NCBI GenBank assembly: GCA_022844165.1
Contig: JALHMH010000015.1
Coordinates: 32,001 to 96,000, forward strand
Reading direction: 5' to 3'
Length of the DNA: 64,000 nucleotides
DNA from: Lysobacterales bacterium
GTDB lineage: Bacteria; Pseudomonadota; Gammaproteobacteria; Xanthomonadales; SZUA-5
Part shown: piece by piece, positions 38,745 through 48,633 of the stretch
Position numbering within the stretch: position 1 is the first letter of the stretch
Layout: every line of letters begins with the position of its first letter
Notes under the pieces: generated by a model
Told to the model about the DNA's origin: nothing
The model's input: only the letters and a program-made list of their open reading frames with translations
Databases searched by the model: none
Position numbers and translations under genes: made by a program

Positions 38745-40069
38745 GTGGCTCCGCATTGATCTATAGCCTTTCGCCCAGCGACTGCGCCAGTGGTCGAATC
38801 GCAGTTCCGGGCGACAAGTCGATTTCGCATCGCGCTGTGATGTTGGGCGGAATTGCGGGCGGCGTTACGCGCGTCAGTGGTTTCCTGCCCGGCGAAGACA
38901 CGTTGGCCACCGCGCAAATCCTGCGCGAGCTTGGCGTTCGCATCGAACGTCTCGATACCACGACGCTGGAGATTCACGGTGTGGGATTGCGCGGACTTCG
39001 TGGCGCCAGCAAATCGCTCGATTGCGGCAACGCGGGAACGGCGATGCGCTTGCTCACAGGATTGCTGGCCGGCCAGGCGTTCGCCAGCACGCTCATCGGC
39101 GATGCGTCCTTGAGCAAGCGGCCGATGCGCCGCGTGATGGATCCGCTGCGCGCGATGGGCGCCGACATCCGCGGCAGCGAACAGGGGACCGCACCATTGG
39201 CGATTGCGCCGGTGCCGGCGTTGAATGCCATTCACTACACGTGCCCGGTCGCTAGCGCGCAGATCAAGTCGTGCGTGCTGCTCGCGGGGCTGTATGCGCA
39301 AGGCGCGACGACGGTGGTGGAACCCACTGCGACGCGCGATTACACCGAGAGCATGCTGCGCGCGTTGGGTGCCGATCTTGCTGTGGATGGACTGGCGGTG
39401 ACGATTCGACCTGGAAACGAACTCAACGCGGTTCCGGTAAGCGTGCCGGGCGATTTCTCGTCCGCGGCCTTCTTCCTGGTCGCCGGATTGCTCTCGCGCA
39501 GCGGTGAGCTGGTGATCGAGAACGTCGGCTTGAATCCGCGTCGCACCGGATTGCTGCTGACGCTCAAAGACATGGGCGGCAATATCGAGATTCTCGACGA
39601 GCGCTTGCAAGCTGGCGAGCGCGTCGGCGACTTGCGCGTGCGCCCGAGTGCGCTGCGCGCTACCGACGTACCGATGGAACGCGTGCCCGACATGATCGAT
39701 GAGTTCCCGGCGTTCTGTATCGCCGCCGCTGCCGCCAGCGGCACCAGCACCGTGCGCGGCGCGCATGAGCTGCGCGTCAAGGAAAGCGATCGCATCGGCG
39801 CGATGGCTGTCGGCTTGCGGACGCTGGGCATCGAGGTCGAGGAGTTCGACGATGGTATGGCGATCACTGGCGGCTCGATGGGCGGCGGCGAGATCGACAG
39901 CCGTGGCGATCACCGCATCGCCATGAGCTTCGCAATTGCGTCGCTCCGAGCCACCGGTAACATCAAGATTCTGGATTGCGCGAATGTGGCGACGAGCTTT
40001 CCTGGATTTGCCGGTTTGGTTTCCAGCATTGGGATCGACCTTAAAGAACGTGGCGGTTTAGTTCGGTAG
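38741..40069 (+). CDS. aroA: 3-phosphoshikimate 1-carboxyvinyltransferase
   Basis: 'PGDKSISHR', 'CGNAGT', 'SAQIKS', 'RVKESDRI', 'DHRIAM'. Confidence 0.98.
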   Translation: MSGSALIYSLSPSDCASGRIAVPGDKSISHRAVMLGGIAGGVTRVSGFLPGEDTLATAQILRELGVRIERLDTTTLEIHGVGLRGLRGASKSLDCGNAGTAMRLLTGLLAGQAFASTLIGDASLSKRPMRRVMDPLRAMGADIRGSEQGTAPLAIAPVPALNAIHYTCPVASAQIKSCVLLAGLYAQGATTVVEPTATRDYTESMLRALGADLAVDGLAVTIRPGNELNAVPVSVPGDFSSAAFFLVAGLLSRSGELVIENVGLNPRRTGLLLTLKDMGGNIEILDERLQAGERVGDLRVRPSALRATDVPMERVPDMIDEFPAFCIAAAAASGTSTVRGAHELRVKESDRIGAMAVGLRTLGIEVEEFDDGMAITGGSMGGGEIDSRGDHRIAMSFAIASLRATGNIKILDCANVATSFPGFAGLVSSIGIDLKERGGLVR

Positions 40070-40530
40070 CCAGGGGAGCTGGCCCAAGTCGTCTATTGAG
40101 TTTTCGCTATCCAGGCTGTCGGTGAACTGTTGGTAGAGAGCGTAAAGCTGCGATGCGCCCACCGGGGTTCCGCATGCTTCACGGGGTTCAATGTCCAGCG
40201 GATCGCTATCCTGAAATGCACGCCGAAGGTTATGTGCAGCACCCGCCATGGTAAGTGCGCGCGCGATCTTTAATTGGTCGGCTGCCGACTCCGGCAAGAT
40301 TTGGCGCCAAAACCATACGGATTGGCATCAAGCGTTGTGCGGTCGTTCCCGAATACTGTTACACCGGTTGTTTCGAAGTGATATGTCTCCGGTAGCTCTA
40401 AGGCGATGGCGATGCGAGCGGCAATCGCAAAGTTTGGAGCGCAGGCGAGGGAGGTGAGCCAGAATTACACTTGGTTTCACGTTGAGCCTCGAAGCGGCGT
40501 GAGCGACTCTCGGACGATAGCGCTGTTCAA
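40058..40530 (-). pseudogene. Probable frameshifted remnant of an unknown gene between aroA and cmk
   Basis: ~500-bp gap between usually adjacent genes; protein-like minus-strand segments in different frames ('AIAARIAIALELPETYHFE', 'LYALYQQFTDSLD'). Confidence 0.3.
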
Positions 40531-40583
40531 ACATTCGGTAAAAGACAATTAGACTGGACGCTGGTCCGCCTACGCCCGACTCT

Positions 40584-41255
40584 ATGTCCATCGCCCCCAT
40601 CATCTGCATCGACGGACCCTCCGGCTCCGGCAAAGGCACCATCAGCCGCGCGGTGGCTCGCGCGCTCGGCTGGCATTTCCTCGACTCGGGCGCGCTTTAC
40701 CGGGCGGTCGGCGTGGCGGCGCTGAGTGGCGGCTATCCACTGGACGATGAGCCCAGCCTGGCCAAACTCGCGTTGCACGCCGATATCGAGTTCGAAGACC
40801 GCATCGATCGCGAGCCGCACGTTTGGTTGGGCGACGATGATATTTCGGAGATGATTCGCACCGAGGAAGCCGGGCAGGCGGCCAGCAAGGTGGCTGCTTT
40901 GCCGGCTGTCAGGGCAGCTTTGCTGCAAAAGCAACGCAATTTTGCGCAGCCGCCGGGTCTGGTTGCCGATGGGCGTGATATGGGCACCGTGGTCTTTCCG
41001 CACGCCGAACTTAAAGTATTTCTGACCGCAAGCGCCGAAGAACGTGCCCGGCGTCGCCATAAACAGTTGAGCGAAAAGGGAATCGAGGCTATTCTGCCCG
41101 CCCTTTTGCGCGAGATCGAAGAGCGCGACCTGCGTGATCGCACGCGAGCCGTCGCCCCGCTCGTTCCTGCCAACGATGCACGGATAATCGATTCGACGTC
41201 GCAGTCGATCGATGTCGTCGTCGCCACTGTGCTCGACTGGGCTCACGCGCTGTAG
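40584..41255 (+). CDS. cmk: Cytidylate kinase
   Basis: '[11 protein letters not shown]', 'LDSGALYRA', '[11 protein letters not shown]'. Confidence 0.98.
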   Translation: MSIAPIICIDGPSGSGKGTISRAVARALGWHFLDSGALYRAVGVAALSGGYPLDDEPSLAKLALHADIEFEDRIDREPHVWLGDDDISEMIRTEEAGQAASKVAALPAVRAALLQKQRNFAQPPGLVADGRDMGTVVFPHAELKVFLTASAEERARRRHKQLSEKGIEAILPALLREIEERDLRDRTRAVAPLVPANDARIIDSTSQSIDVVVATVLDWAHAL

Positions 41256-41389
41256 CGCTCGCCGGGTCTTTCGCCAAAGGGAACGGCCCGCAGGAATCGT
41301 CTTGCGGATATCAACTCAAAACCCACGCGGAGCAATCCGCAAAAGGTGGATCGCCGCGAACGCGGTGCATCCGAACTCTTGGACTCAAC

Positions 41390-43054
41390 ATGACTGAAAG
41401 TTTTGCCGAACTGTTTGAACAGAGCGAGCGATTGAGCAAGCTCAAGCCGGGCGCCATCGTGACCGGTACCGTTGTCGAGATCCGCACAGACGTGGTGATC
41501 ATCAACGCCGGTTTGAAATCCGAAGGCGTCGTGCCCATCGAGCAATTCCGCAATGAAGCGGGTGAGATCGATGTTGGCGTCGGCGATGAAGTGAAAGTAG
41601 CTCTCGATTCGCTTGAAAACGGTTTCGGCGAAACCGTGCTGTCCCGCGAAAAAGCCAAGCGCGCGATGGTGTGGGACGAACTCGAAGATGCCCAGTCAAA
41701 GGATCAAACGATCGTCGGCCGCATCAGTGGCAAGGTCAAAGGCGGCTTCACGGTCGACATCAAGGACATCCGCGCGTTCTTGCCGGGTTCCCTGGTCGAT
41801 GTGCGCCCGGTCCGCGACCCGGTGTATCTGGAAGGCAAGGATCTCGAGTTCAAGATCATCAAGCTCGATCGCAAACGCAACAACGTCGTGGTCTCGCGTC
41901 GCGCCGTGGTCGAGAGCGAGTTCAGCGTCGAGCGCGAACAGCTGATGGAGAAGCTCAAGGAAGGCGCGGTGCTGAAGGGTGTGGTCAAGAACCTCACCGA
42001 TTACGGCGCGTTCGTCGACCTGGGCGGCATCGATGGCTTGCTGCACATTACCGATATGGCGTGGAAGCGCGTGCGTCATCCCTCTGAAGTGGTCAACGTT
42101 GGCGACGAAATCGATGTGCGCGTGCTGCGCTTCGATCGCGAACGCAATCGCGTCTCGCTGGGTCTTAAGCAATTGGGTGATGATCCGTGGGTCAATATTT
42201 CCCGCCGTTATCCGCAGAGCACGCGTCTGTTCGGCAAAGTCTCCAACGTCACCGAATACGGTGCATTTGTCGAACTTGAGCCGGGCGTCGAAGGGCTGGT
42301 TCACGTTTCGGAAATGGATTGGACCAACAAGAACGTCAACCCGGCCAAGATTGTTTCTATCGGCGACGAAACCGAAGTGATGGTGCTCGATATCGATGAA
42401 GAGCGTCGCCGTATTTCGCTCGGCATGAAGCAGTGCACAAGCAATCCGTGGGAGGCGTTCGCAGGCAACTTCAAGAAGAACGATCGCGTCATCGGCACGA
42501 TCAAATCGATCACGGATTTCGGCATTTTCGTTGGCTTGGAAGGCGGTATCGACGGTCTTGTTCACTTGTCGGATATTTCCTGGCAAGGCACCGGCGAGGA
42601 TCTCGTCCGTAACTTCAAGAAGGGCGAAGAAATCAGTGCGGTCGTGCTGGCCGTCGATCCGGAGCGTGAGCGCATCTCGCTGGGGATCAAGCAGATGGAG
42701 CAAGATCCGTTCGGCAGCTTCATGGCCGCCAATCCGAAGGGCAGCATCGTCCATGGTGTGGTTCGCGAAGTCGATGCGCGCGGCGTGACGGTCGATCTGG
42801 CGGATGGCATTGAGGGCTATCTGCGTGCTGCGGATATCGCCAAGGAACGTGTCGACGATGCCACCGTGCATTTCCGTGCAGGCGACAAGATCGAAGCTAA
42901 GTTCACGGGTCTCGATCGCCGCGGTCGCATCCTGCAATTGTCGATTCGCGCCAAGGAAGACGATGAGTTGGCCGAAGCGCTTGAGGAATACCAGAGCACA
43001 GCGGCGGGCGTGACGAAGCTTGGCTCGCTCTTCAAAGAGCAATTGAATCGTTGA
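41390..43054 (+). CDS. rpsA: 30S ribosomal protein S1
   Basis: '[10 protein letters not shown]', tandem S1 repeats, 'AFLPGSLVD'. Confidence 0.99.
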   Translation: MTESFAELFEQSERLSKLKPGAIVTGTVVEIRTDVVIINAGLKSEGVVPIEQFRNEAGEIDVGVGDEVKVALDSLENGFGETVLSREKAKRAMVWDELEDAQSKDQTIVGRISGKVKGGFTVDIKDIRAFLPGSLVDVRPVRDPVYLEGKDLEFKIIKLDRKRNNVVVSRRAVVESEFSVEREQLMEKLKEGAVLKGVVKNLTDYGAFVDLGGIDGLLHITDMAWKRVRHPSEVVNVGDEIDVRVLRFDRERNRVSLGLKQLGDDPWVNISRRYPQSTRLFGKVSNVTEYGAFVELEPGVEGLVHVSEMDWTNKNVNPAKIVSIGDETEVMVLDIDEERRRISLGMKQCTSNPWEAFAGNFKKNDRVIGTIKSITDFGIFVGLEGGIDGLVHLSDISWQGTGEDLVRNFKKGEEISAVVLAVDPERERISLGIKQMEQDPFGSFMAANPKGSIVHGVVREVDARGVTVDLADGIEGYLRAADIAKERVDDATVHFRAGDKIEAKFTGLDRRGRILQLSIRAKEDDELAEALEEYQSTAAGVTKLGSLFKEQLNR

Positions 43055-43067
43055 GGTTGCTCTGGTG

Positions 43068-43099
43068 TGCAACACCCCGGTATGTTCGGGGTGTTGCAC
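43068..43099. terminator. Strong hairpin after rpsA (terminator or processing stem)
   Basis: gtgcaacaccccgg-tatgt-tcggggtgttgcac; no clear U-tract. Confidence 0.5.
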
Positions 43100-43141
43100 C
43101 ACGCTAAGCTTGCGAAGTCTGCACCTGCACTGGAGTTCGAC

Positions 43142-43450
43142 GTGACCAAGTCGGAATTGATTCTTGCGTTATCTTCCCGGCAGGCGCATCTGGCCCAACC
43201 AGATGTGGAACTCGCTGTGAAATCCGTCATCGATCAAATGGCGGATGCTCTCGCGGGCGGGGAGCGCATAGAGGTTCGGGGTTTTGGTAGTTTTTCGCTA
43301 CATTTTCGGCCACCGCGCATGGGTCGAAACCCGAAGACCGGGGACGTTGTCGCGCTCGACGGCAAGTATGTGCCGCACTTTAAGCCTGGAAAAGAACTCC
43401 GCGAGAGAGTGAACGCGAGCGCCAAATCGGGCGTGCCGATCATCGGATGA
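43142..43450 (+). CDS. ihfB: Integration host factor beta subunit
   Basis: 'TKSELI', 'IEVRGFGSF', 'GRNPKTG', '[13 protein letters not shown]'. Confidence 0.97.
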   Translation: MTKSELILALSSRQAHLAQPDVELAVKSVIDQMADALAGGERIEVRGFGSFSLHFRPPRMGRNPKTGDVVALDGKYVPHFKPGKELRERVNASAKSGVPIIG

Positions 43451-43698
43451 TGTGGCGCATCGTTTCCAAGATTGTGGTTTTGTCCGCGCTGCTGATTGTG
43501 TTGGTGTTTGCCGCCTTGAACTCGACGATGGTCGAAATCAATGTGCTCGCTCAAGCCGTCTCCGTGCCGTTGGGTGTTGGATTGGTGGCTTTCTTCGCCA
43601 TGGGCAGCCTGGCCGGAGCACTCGGCCTTTATCTTGCGGTCGTATTGCGTCTTAAGCGAGATCTGAAACGGGCGCAGAAGGCGAGGGGTCCGGTGTGA
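43447..43698 (+). CDS. lapA: Lipopolysaccharide assembly protein A
   Basis: Small 2-TM ORF ('FAALNS') between ihfB and lapB. Confidence 0.8.
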   Translation: MMWRIVSKIVVLSALLIVLVFAALNSTMVEINVLAQAVSVPLGVGLVAFFAMGSLAGALGLYLAVVLRLKRDLKRAQKARGPV

Positions 43699-43753
43699 GT
43701 TCGCCCGTACGTTTGCGGCTCCTGGAGCAACCATTTGCTCGCGACCTCATGAA

Positions 43754-44923
43754 ATGCCCGGGCTAGAACTCTTCTGGTTGTTGCTCCCACTCGCGGCCTA
43801 TTCCGGGTATTTGACGGGTCGGCGAGGTAGCGAGCGAAGCAGCGGTGCACGGTTCTCCGAGCTCTCGCAAACCTATTTCAGTGGTCTTAACTACCTGTTG
43901 AACGAGCAGCCAGACAAGGCGCTCGAAGTCTTCTTGAAGATCGCGGAGATGGACAGCGATACCTTCGAGACACAATTGGCACTGGGCAACTTGTTTCGCC
44001 GTCGTGGCGAAACAGACCGAGCGATTCGCCTTCATCAAGACCTGTACAGTCGTCCGAAATTGTCTTCGGAGCAGCGCTCGATCGCTCTCCAGGAGCTGGG
44101 GGAAGATTACATGCGAGCGGGTCTGTTAGATCGCGCAGAAGCGCTCTACACCGATCTGCTGAACGTCGGCTCGCAGGAACCCGCAGCGTTAAAGCATCTG
44201 ATCGCAATCTATCAACAAGAACGCGATTGGACGCGCGCTATTGAGATGGCGGTACGCCTCGATCAGCTCAAAGGCGGCGGTGCTCCACTGATTGCCCAGT
44301 TCTACTGCGAGCTGGCTGAGCAGGCCCGCACCCAGGGTGCATTCGACGAAGCCCGGAGTACTGCACAGCGCGCGCTCCGTACTGATTCCAAGTGTGTGCG
44401 CGCGAGAATTTTGCTGGGTCGCATTGAGCGCAATCTCGATAGGATGGACCTTGCCATCGAACATTTCGAGGCCGCCGTCGAGGTTGATCCGGATTTTCTT
44501 CCGGAGGTGCTGCCGGAACTTCTGGACGCTTATGAGGCCCAAAGCGCTTGCCACCAGGCGCGGGATTTTCTCGACCGCATGCTGGTTCGCGATCGCGGCG
44601 TCAGTGCCATGCTGGCGCGCAGTGAGATGATCGAACGGACTCAATCGCGTAGTGATGCGATTACGTTCCTGGCAGATCGGTTGCACCAGCGCCCCAGCGT
44701 TCGCGGTGTGCTGAAGGTGATCGATTTGTCGTTCGCCGGCGAACTCGGTCAGCGCGCCGAAGCTGTGGGCCTTGTGCGCGAATTGTTGCACCGTTTGCTC
44801 GACCGCAAGCCTGGCTATCGTTGCAGCCGATGCGGGTTCTCGCCGCGGGCGTTGCACTGGCAATGCCCGAGTTGCAAGAGCTGGGGCAGCATCAAACCTG
44901 TGCCGGGTGTGGCGGGCGAGTAG
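43754..44923 (+). CDS. lapB: Lipopolysaccharide assembly protein B
   Basis: 'YFSGLNYLLNEQPDKA', TPR repeats, rubredoxin 'CSRCGF...WQCPSCKSW'. Confidence 0.96.
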   Translation: MPGLELFWLLLPLAAYSGYLTGRRGSERSSGARFSELSQTYFSGLNYLLNEQPDKALEVFLKIAEMDSDTFETQLALGNLFRRRGETDRAIRLHQDLYSRPKLSSEQRSIALQELGEDYMRAGLLDRAEALYTDLLNVGSQEPAALKHLIAIYQQERDWTRAIEMAVRLDQLKGGGAPLIAQFYCELAEQARTQGAFDEARSTAQRALRTDSKCVRARILLGRIERNLDRMDLAIEHFEAAVEVDPDFLPEVLPELLDAYEAQSACHQARDFLDRMLVRDRGVSAMLARSEMIERTQSRSDAITFLADRLHQRPSVRGVLKVIDLSFAGELGQRAEAVGLVRELLHRLLDRKPGYRCSRCGFSPRALHWQCPSCKSWGSIKPVPGVAGE

Positions 44924-44943
44924 CCTCTGCTGAGTGGAATCGG

Positions 44944-45948
44944 ATGGCGCCCATATTGACCTTCGCACTGTGCGCTGTCGCAAGTGCAATCCTGACACGG
45001 CTCGCAATCGCCTACGCGCATCTGTCTTCGATGCACGATCATCCAGGTGCGCGGCGCATGCATACGGCGCCGATTGCCCGCGGAGCGGGGATCGGTTTTG
45101 TTGCGACCATCGTTGCGCTGCTTGGCGGGTTTGCTGCGGTGCTCGGGAACTCGCCGCATGGTCGCTGGACCTTGTCTTTGTGTGTGGCGTTGGCGCTCGT
45201 TGCGACAGTGAGCTGGATCGACGACAAACGCGGTCTGCCAGCGCTGCCGCGACTTCTCGCGCACTTCGTCGCTGCAACGCTGATCGTTGTCAATTCGGCG
45301 TTGCCTGTTTTCCTTTGGCCGTTGACGATTCTCGTCATCGTTGCGACGGTCAACTTCTGGAATTTCATAGACGGCATCAACGGCATGGCGGCATTGCAAT
45401 TCGTGCTGCTGTCGCTGGTTGTCGCGGCGCTTCTATTTGGACAGAGCAGTTATCTGGCGGCGCTCTTTGCTGCCGGATTCGCTGGTGCCGTTGCTGGCTT
45501 TCTGCCGAGTAATTTCCCCAGAGCGAGGGCCTTCATGGGGGATGTTGGCAGCACATGCCTGGGCTTGCTGGCGCTGGCGCCGGCGTTGTTGCCGCCGGGC
45601 GAGGGCATTCACCCTGCATCCGTTCTGGCGCTCGCATCGGCGGTACTTGTTGATCCCGGTCTGACGCTGCTCTGGAGAATCAGGCGGCGACGAAGACGCT
45701 TTTGGTACACTGCTCACCGCGAACATTTGTATCAGTGGATGACACGCGCCGGCATGAGCCATACACAAACGACTTTGTCATATGGTGCCTGGACGCTGGG
45801 GCCAGCGGCCTTGGCTGCGTGGCAAATCCAGACGGCGCCTGATCAAGCTTGGCAATGGTTGTGCGGATTGTATTTGTTTGGGGCGGCGGTCTGGATGGCG
45901 CTGCGGCCGCGGATGCTGAGTCAATTTCGAATGCGGAGAATCGGATGA
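44944..45948 (+). CDS. Polyprenyl-phosphate N-acetylhexosamine-1-phosphate transferase (glycosyltransferase family 4, WbpL-like)
   Basis: 'WIDD', 'NFIDGING', 'FMGDVGS', 'HREHLYQ'. Confidence 0.9.
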   Translation: MAPILTFALCAVASAILTRLAIAYAHLSSMHDHPGARRMHTAPIARGAGIGFVATIVALLGGFAAVLGNSPHGRWTLSLCVALALVATVSWIDDKRGLPALPRLLAHFVAATLIVVNSALPVFLWPLTILVIVATVNFWNFIDGINGMAALQFVLLSLVVAALLFGQSSYLAALFAAGFAGAVAGFLPSNFPRARAFMGDVGSTCLGLLALAPALLPPGEGIHPASVLALASAVLVDPGLTLLWRIRRRRRRFWYTAHREHLYQWMTRAGMSHTQTTLSYGAWTLGPAALAAWQIQTAPDQAWQWLCGLYLFGAAVWMALRPRMLSQFRMRRIG

Positions 45949-47837
45949 GTCGTGCCGTGCGGGCATTCGTGGCATTGATTCATCCGCGAGCCGCGGTTGT
46001 GCTCCACGATTTGGCGATGATTTTCCTCGCCTGGTGGATCGCCAAGTCGGTCCGCCTGAGCTTTGAGCCGGATACGCAGCTGACCGCTATTGCGTTTAAC
46101 GAAGTGCTGATGGTGCTCGCAATTCAGGGCGGGATTTTCTGGACGACCGGTTTGTACAAGGGGCTTTGGCGCTTTGCGAGCCTGCCGGATCTGTGGAATA
46201 TCGTACGCGGTGCAATGCTGGGCGCGTTGTCCATTGCTTTGGCACTATTTCTCTATGACCGGCTCGCCAACGTACCGCGCAGCGTCCTCATCATCTACCC
46301 TGCGCTGCTGACCGCGCTTCTGGGCATCCCGCGGCTGACCTATCGATTTTGGAAGGATTCGCGCCTCGACTTCTACGAACGCACCACGCGCCATCGTGTG
46401 CTCGTTCTGGGCGCCGAGCGCGCCGGTGAGATGTTGGTTAGAGATTTGCGCGCTGGAGGCCACTATTTGCCGGTCGGCTTTCTGGACGACAATCGAATGT
46501 TGCGAGGTGCGCGTGTGCACGGAATTCCCGTGCTCGGCACGATTCATGAATTGAGCGATATTGCCCGCGAGGCTGCCTGCGACATGTTGCTCATCGCCAT
46601 GCCAAACGCAACAAGTGCGGAAATGCGCCGTGTGGTCGAACTCTGTGAGGAGACCGGTTTACCGTTTCGCACAGTGCCGAGATTGCAAGATGTTGTCGCT
46701 GGTCGTTCGGCGTTCAACGAGCTCAAAGAGGTTGCCATCGAGGACTTGTTAGGTCGAGAGCCGGTACAACTCGATTGGACCGCCATTCGCCAGGCACTGT
46801 CGGGCAAACGGGTTTTGGTGAGCGGCGGCGGTGGTTCGGTTGGCGCCGAATTGTGCCGGCAAATCGCTCGCCTGGGCGCATCGGCGCTTGGGATATTGGA
46901 GCAGAGTGAGTACAACCTATATCAAATCGAACGCCAGCTTCGGCGCGAATTTCCTGATTTGGAGCTGTTTCCGGCACTCGGAGACGTGTGCGACCCCGCA
47001 ACTTGCCGCTATGTGCTTGAGCAGGTCAAGCCGGAAATCGCTTTTCATGCAGCTGCGTATAAACATGTGCCGCTGCTGCAAGCGCAGGTGCGCGAGGCGT
47101 TCCGCAACAACGTGCTCGGTACGCGCACGTTGGCATTGGCGGCGGACGAGGCGGGTGTGGAGACCTTCGTCCTGATCTCGTCCGACAAAGCAGTCAATCC
47201 TGCTAACGTGATGGGCGCAACCAAGCGCATGGCTGAGATCTTTTGCCAGAACCTCGCCAAGCGATCGCGAACGCGGTTTATGACCGTGCGGTTCGGCAAC
47301 GTACTGGACTCTGCCGGTAGCGTTGTTCCGTTGTTTCGCGAACAGATTCGGCAAGGCGGTCCGGTCACCGTCACTCATCCGGAGATCACGCGTTACTTCA
47401 TGACCATTCCCGAGGCTTGTCAGCTGATTCTCCAGGCCGCGACGTTAGGGCAGGGCGGGGAGATTTTTGCGCTCGATATGGGCGAGCCTATTCAAATCCG
47501 ATACCTGGCTGAGCAGATGATCCGGCTTGCCGGCAAACTGCCTGGTCAGGACATCCAGATCGTCTATACCGGTCTTCGCGAAGGGGAGAAACTCTTCGAA
47601 GAGCTGTTCCATGAGCACGAAAGTTACCAGCAGACGCGACACCAGAAGATCTTCCTGGCACAGCATCGGGCCGTTAACTTCGATGAGCTAAGTCAGGCGC
47701 TGTTGCAAGGCGAGGCGGCCTGCAAGCGTTACGGTAGCGAGGAGTTGCGCGACATTCTTGCCAGATTTGTCCCTGAATTCGCGTCGCGCGGTGTAGCGGA
47801 AGATGAAAGCAATGTTGTTGCATTGCGGCGCGCTTAG
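45945..47837 (+). CDS. Membrane-bound nucleoside-diphosphate sugar dehydratase (WbpM/CapD family)
   Basis: 'IEDLLGR', 'GGGGSVG', 'HAAAYKHVP', 'SDKAVNP', 'RFGNVL'. Confidence 0.95.
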   Translation: MSRAVRAFVALIHPRAAVVLHDLAMIFLAWWIAKSVRLSFEPDTQLTAIAFNEVLMVLAIQGGIFWTTGLYKGLWRFASLPDLWNIVRGAMLGALSIALALFLYDRLANVPRSVLIIYPALLTALLGIPRLTYRFWKDSRLDFYERTTRHRVLVLGAERAGEMLVRDLRAGGHYLPVGFLDDNRMLRGARVHGIPVLGTIHELSDIAREAACDMLLIAMPNATSAEMRRVVELCEETGLPFRTVPRLQDVVAGRSAFNELKEVAIEDLLGREPVQLDWTAIRQALSGKRVLVSGGGGSVGAELCRQIARLGASALGILEQSEYNLYQIERQLRREFPDLELFPALGDVCDPATCRYVLEQVKPEIAFHAAAYKHVPLLQAQVREAFRNNVLGTRTLALAADEAGVETFVLISSDKAVNPANVMGATKRMAEIFCQNLAKRSRTRFMTVRFGNVLDSAGSVVPLFREQIRQGGPVTVTHPEITRYFMTIPEACQLILQAATLGQGGEIFALDMGEPIQIRYLAEQMIRLAGKLPGQDIQIVYTGLREGEKLFEELFHEHESYQQTRHQKIFLAQHRAVNFDELSQALLQGEAACKRYGSEELRDILARFVPEFASRGVAEDESNVVALRRA

Positions 47838-47847
47838 CCCGCGGACT

Positions 47848-48633
47848 TCAAGTGTTCAGCCGTGCCTTCTCAGGTTTACGGTAAAGCAATGAACGAAGCA
47901 GCCCGTCGTTCTCGAACGGTTTCCATTCGCCCTCCGGTTGTGCAAGGCGGTCGGCAATCGCCCAGAGCGCAATCGGATTGGCGCCCATACCGAAGTGTGT
48001 GGCTGGAATCTCGATATTTTCGCTGTGCGGTTCGTTCGGTGCGAGACTGACTTGCCAGGAGACGATGCCGTCGGCCTTGCTCAAGATGGACGTATTCGGC
48101 ATCGGCGGCATGCGTCCTGCGAGCTCGTGAAGCTCCGGATCATCCGCGCTCCAGCCGCTGACGGCTTCAAACAACCGCCATGCATTGGTTGCTTTTGGGT
48201 ACGGCTGTATCGGAGAGCCCAGTGTAATCACAGTACGCACGATGTCTGGCAATTCGGTTGCAAGCGCGCGTGCCATTGCGCCGCCCAGCGACCACCCGAT
48301 CAGGCTGACGCGTTGACCATGGTCACGATTCAGCTTGACGATCTTGTCGATCAGTTTGGGAACGGTGGCGCCGCGCGGACCAAAATTCAATCCCAGGTCC
48401 CACGGTTGTGAGGCATAACCGAGTTGCTCCAGAAAGCGCCGTAATGGCCATGTGCTTGCGTCGCCAGCGACCAACCCGGGCAGGACAAGCACTGGGTGGC
48501 CGTCGCCCGCCGGCGCCCGCTTTAGCCATGGCCAGGCGAGCAGCAGTGAAGCCCACTCGAACGTTGCGCGCGCCTCAAGTGCCATCAGCAGCAAGGAGGG
48601 TGCCTGCGGTGCGTTGTTGGCCTCGAGTTTCAA
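47848..48633 (-). CDS. Alpha/beta hydrolase (lipase/esterase)
   Basis: 'GWSLGG' nucleophile elbow; 'DGIV'; 'HFGM'. Confidence 0.88.
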   Translation of the reverse strand: MKLEANNAPQAPSLLLMALEARATFEWASLLLAWPWLKRAPAGDGHPVLVLPGLVAGDASTWPLRRFLEQLGYASQPWDLGLNFGPRGATVPKLIDKIVKLNRDHGQRVSLIGWSLGGAMARALATELPDIVRTVITLGSPIQPYPKATNAWRLFEAVSGWSADDPELHELAGRMPPMPNTSILSKADGIVSWQVSLAPNEPHSENIEIPATHFGMGANPIALWAIADRLAQPEGEWKPFENDGLLRSLLYRKPEKARLNT

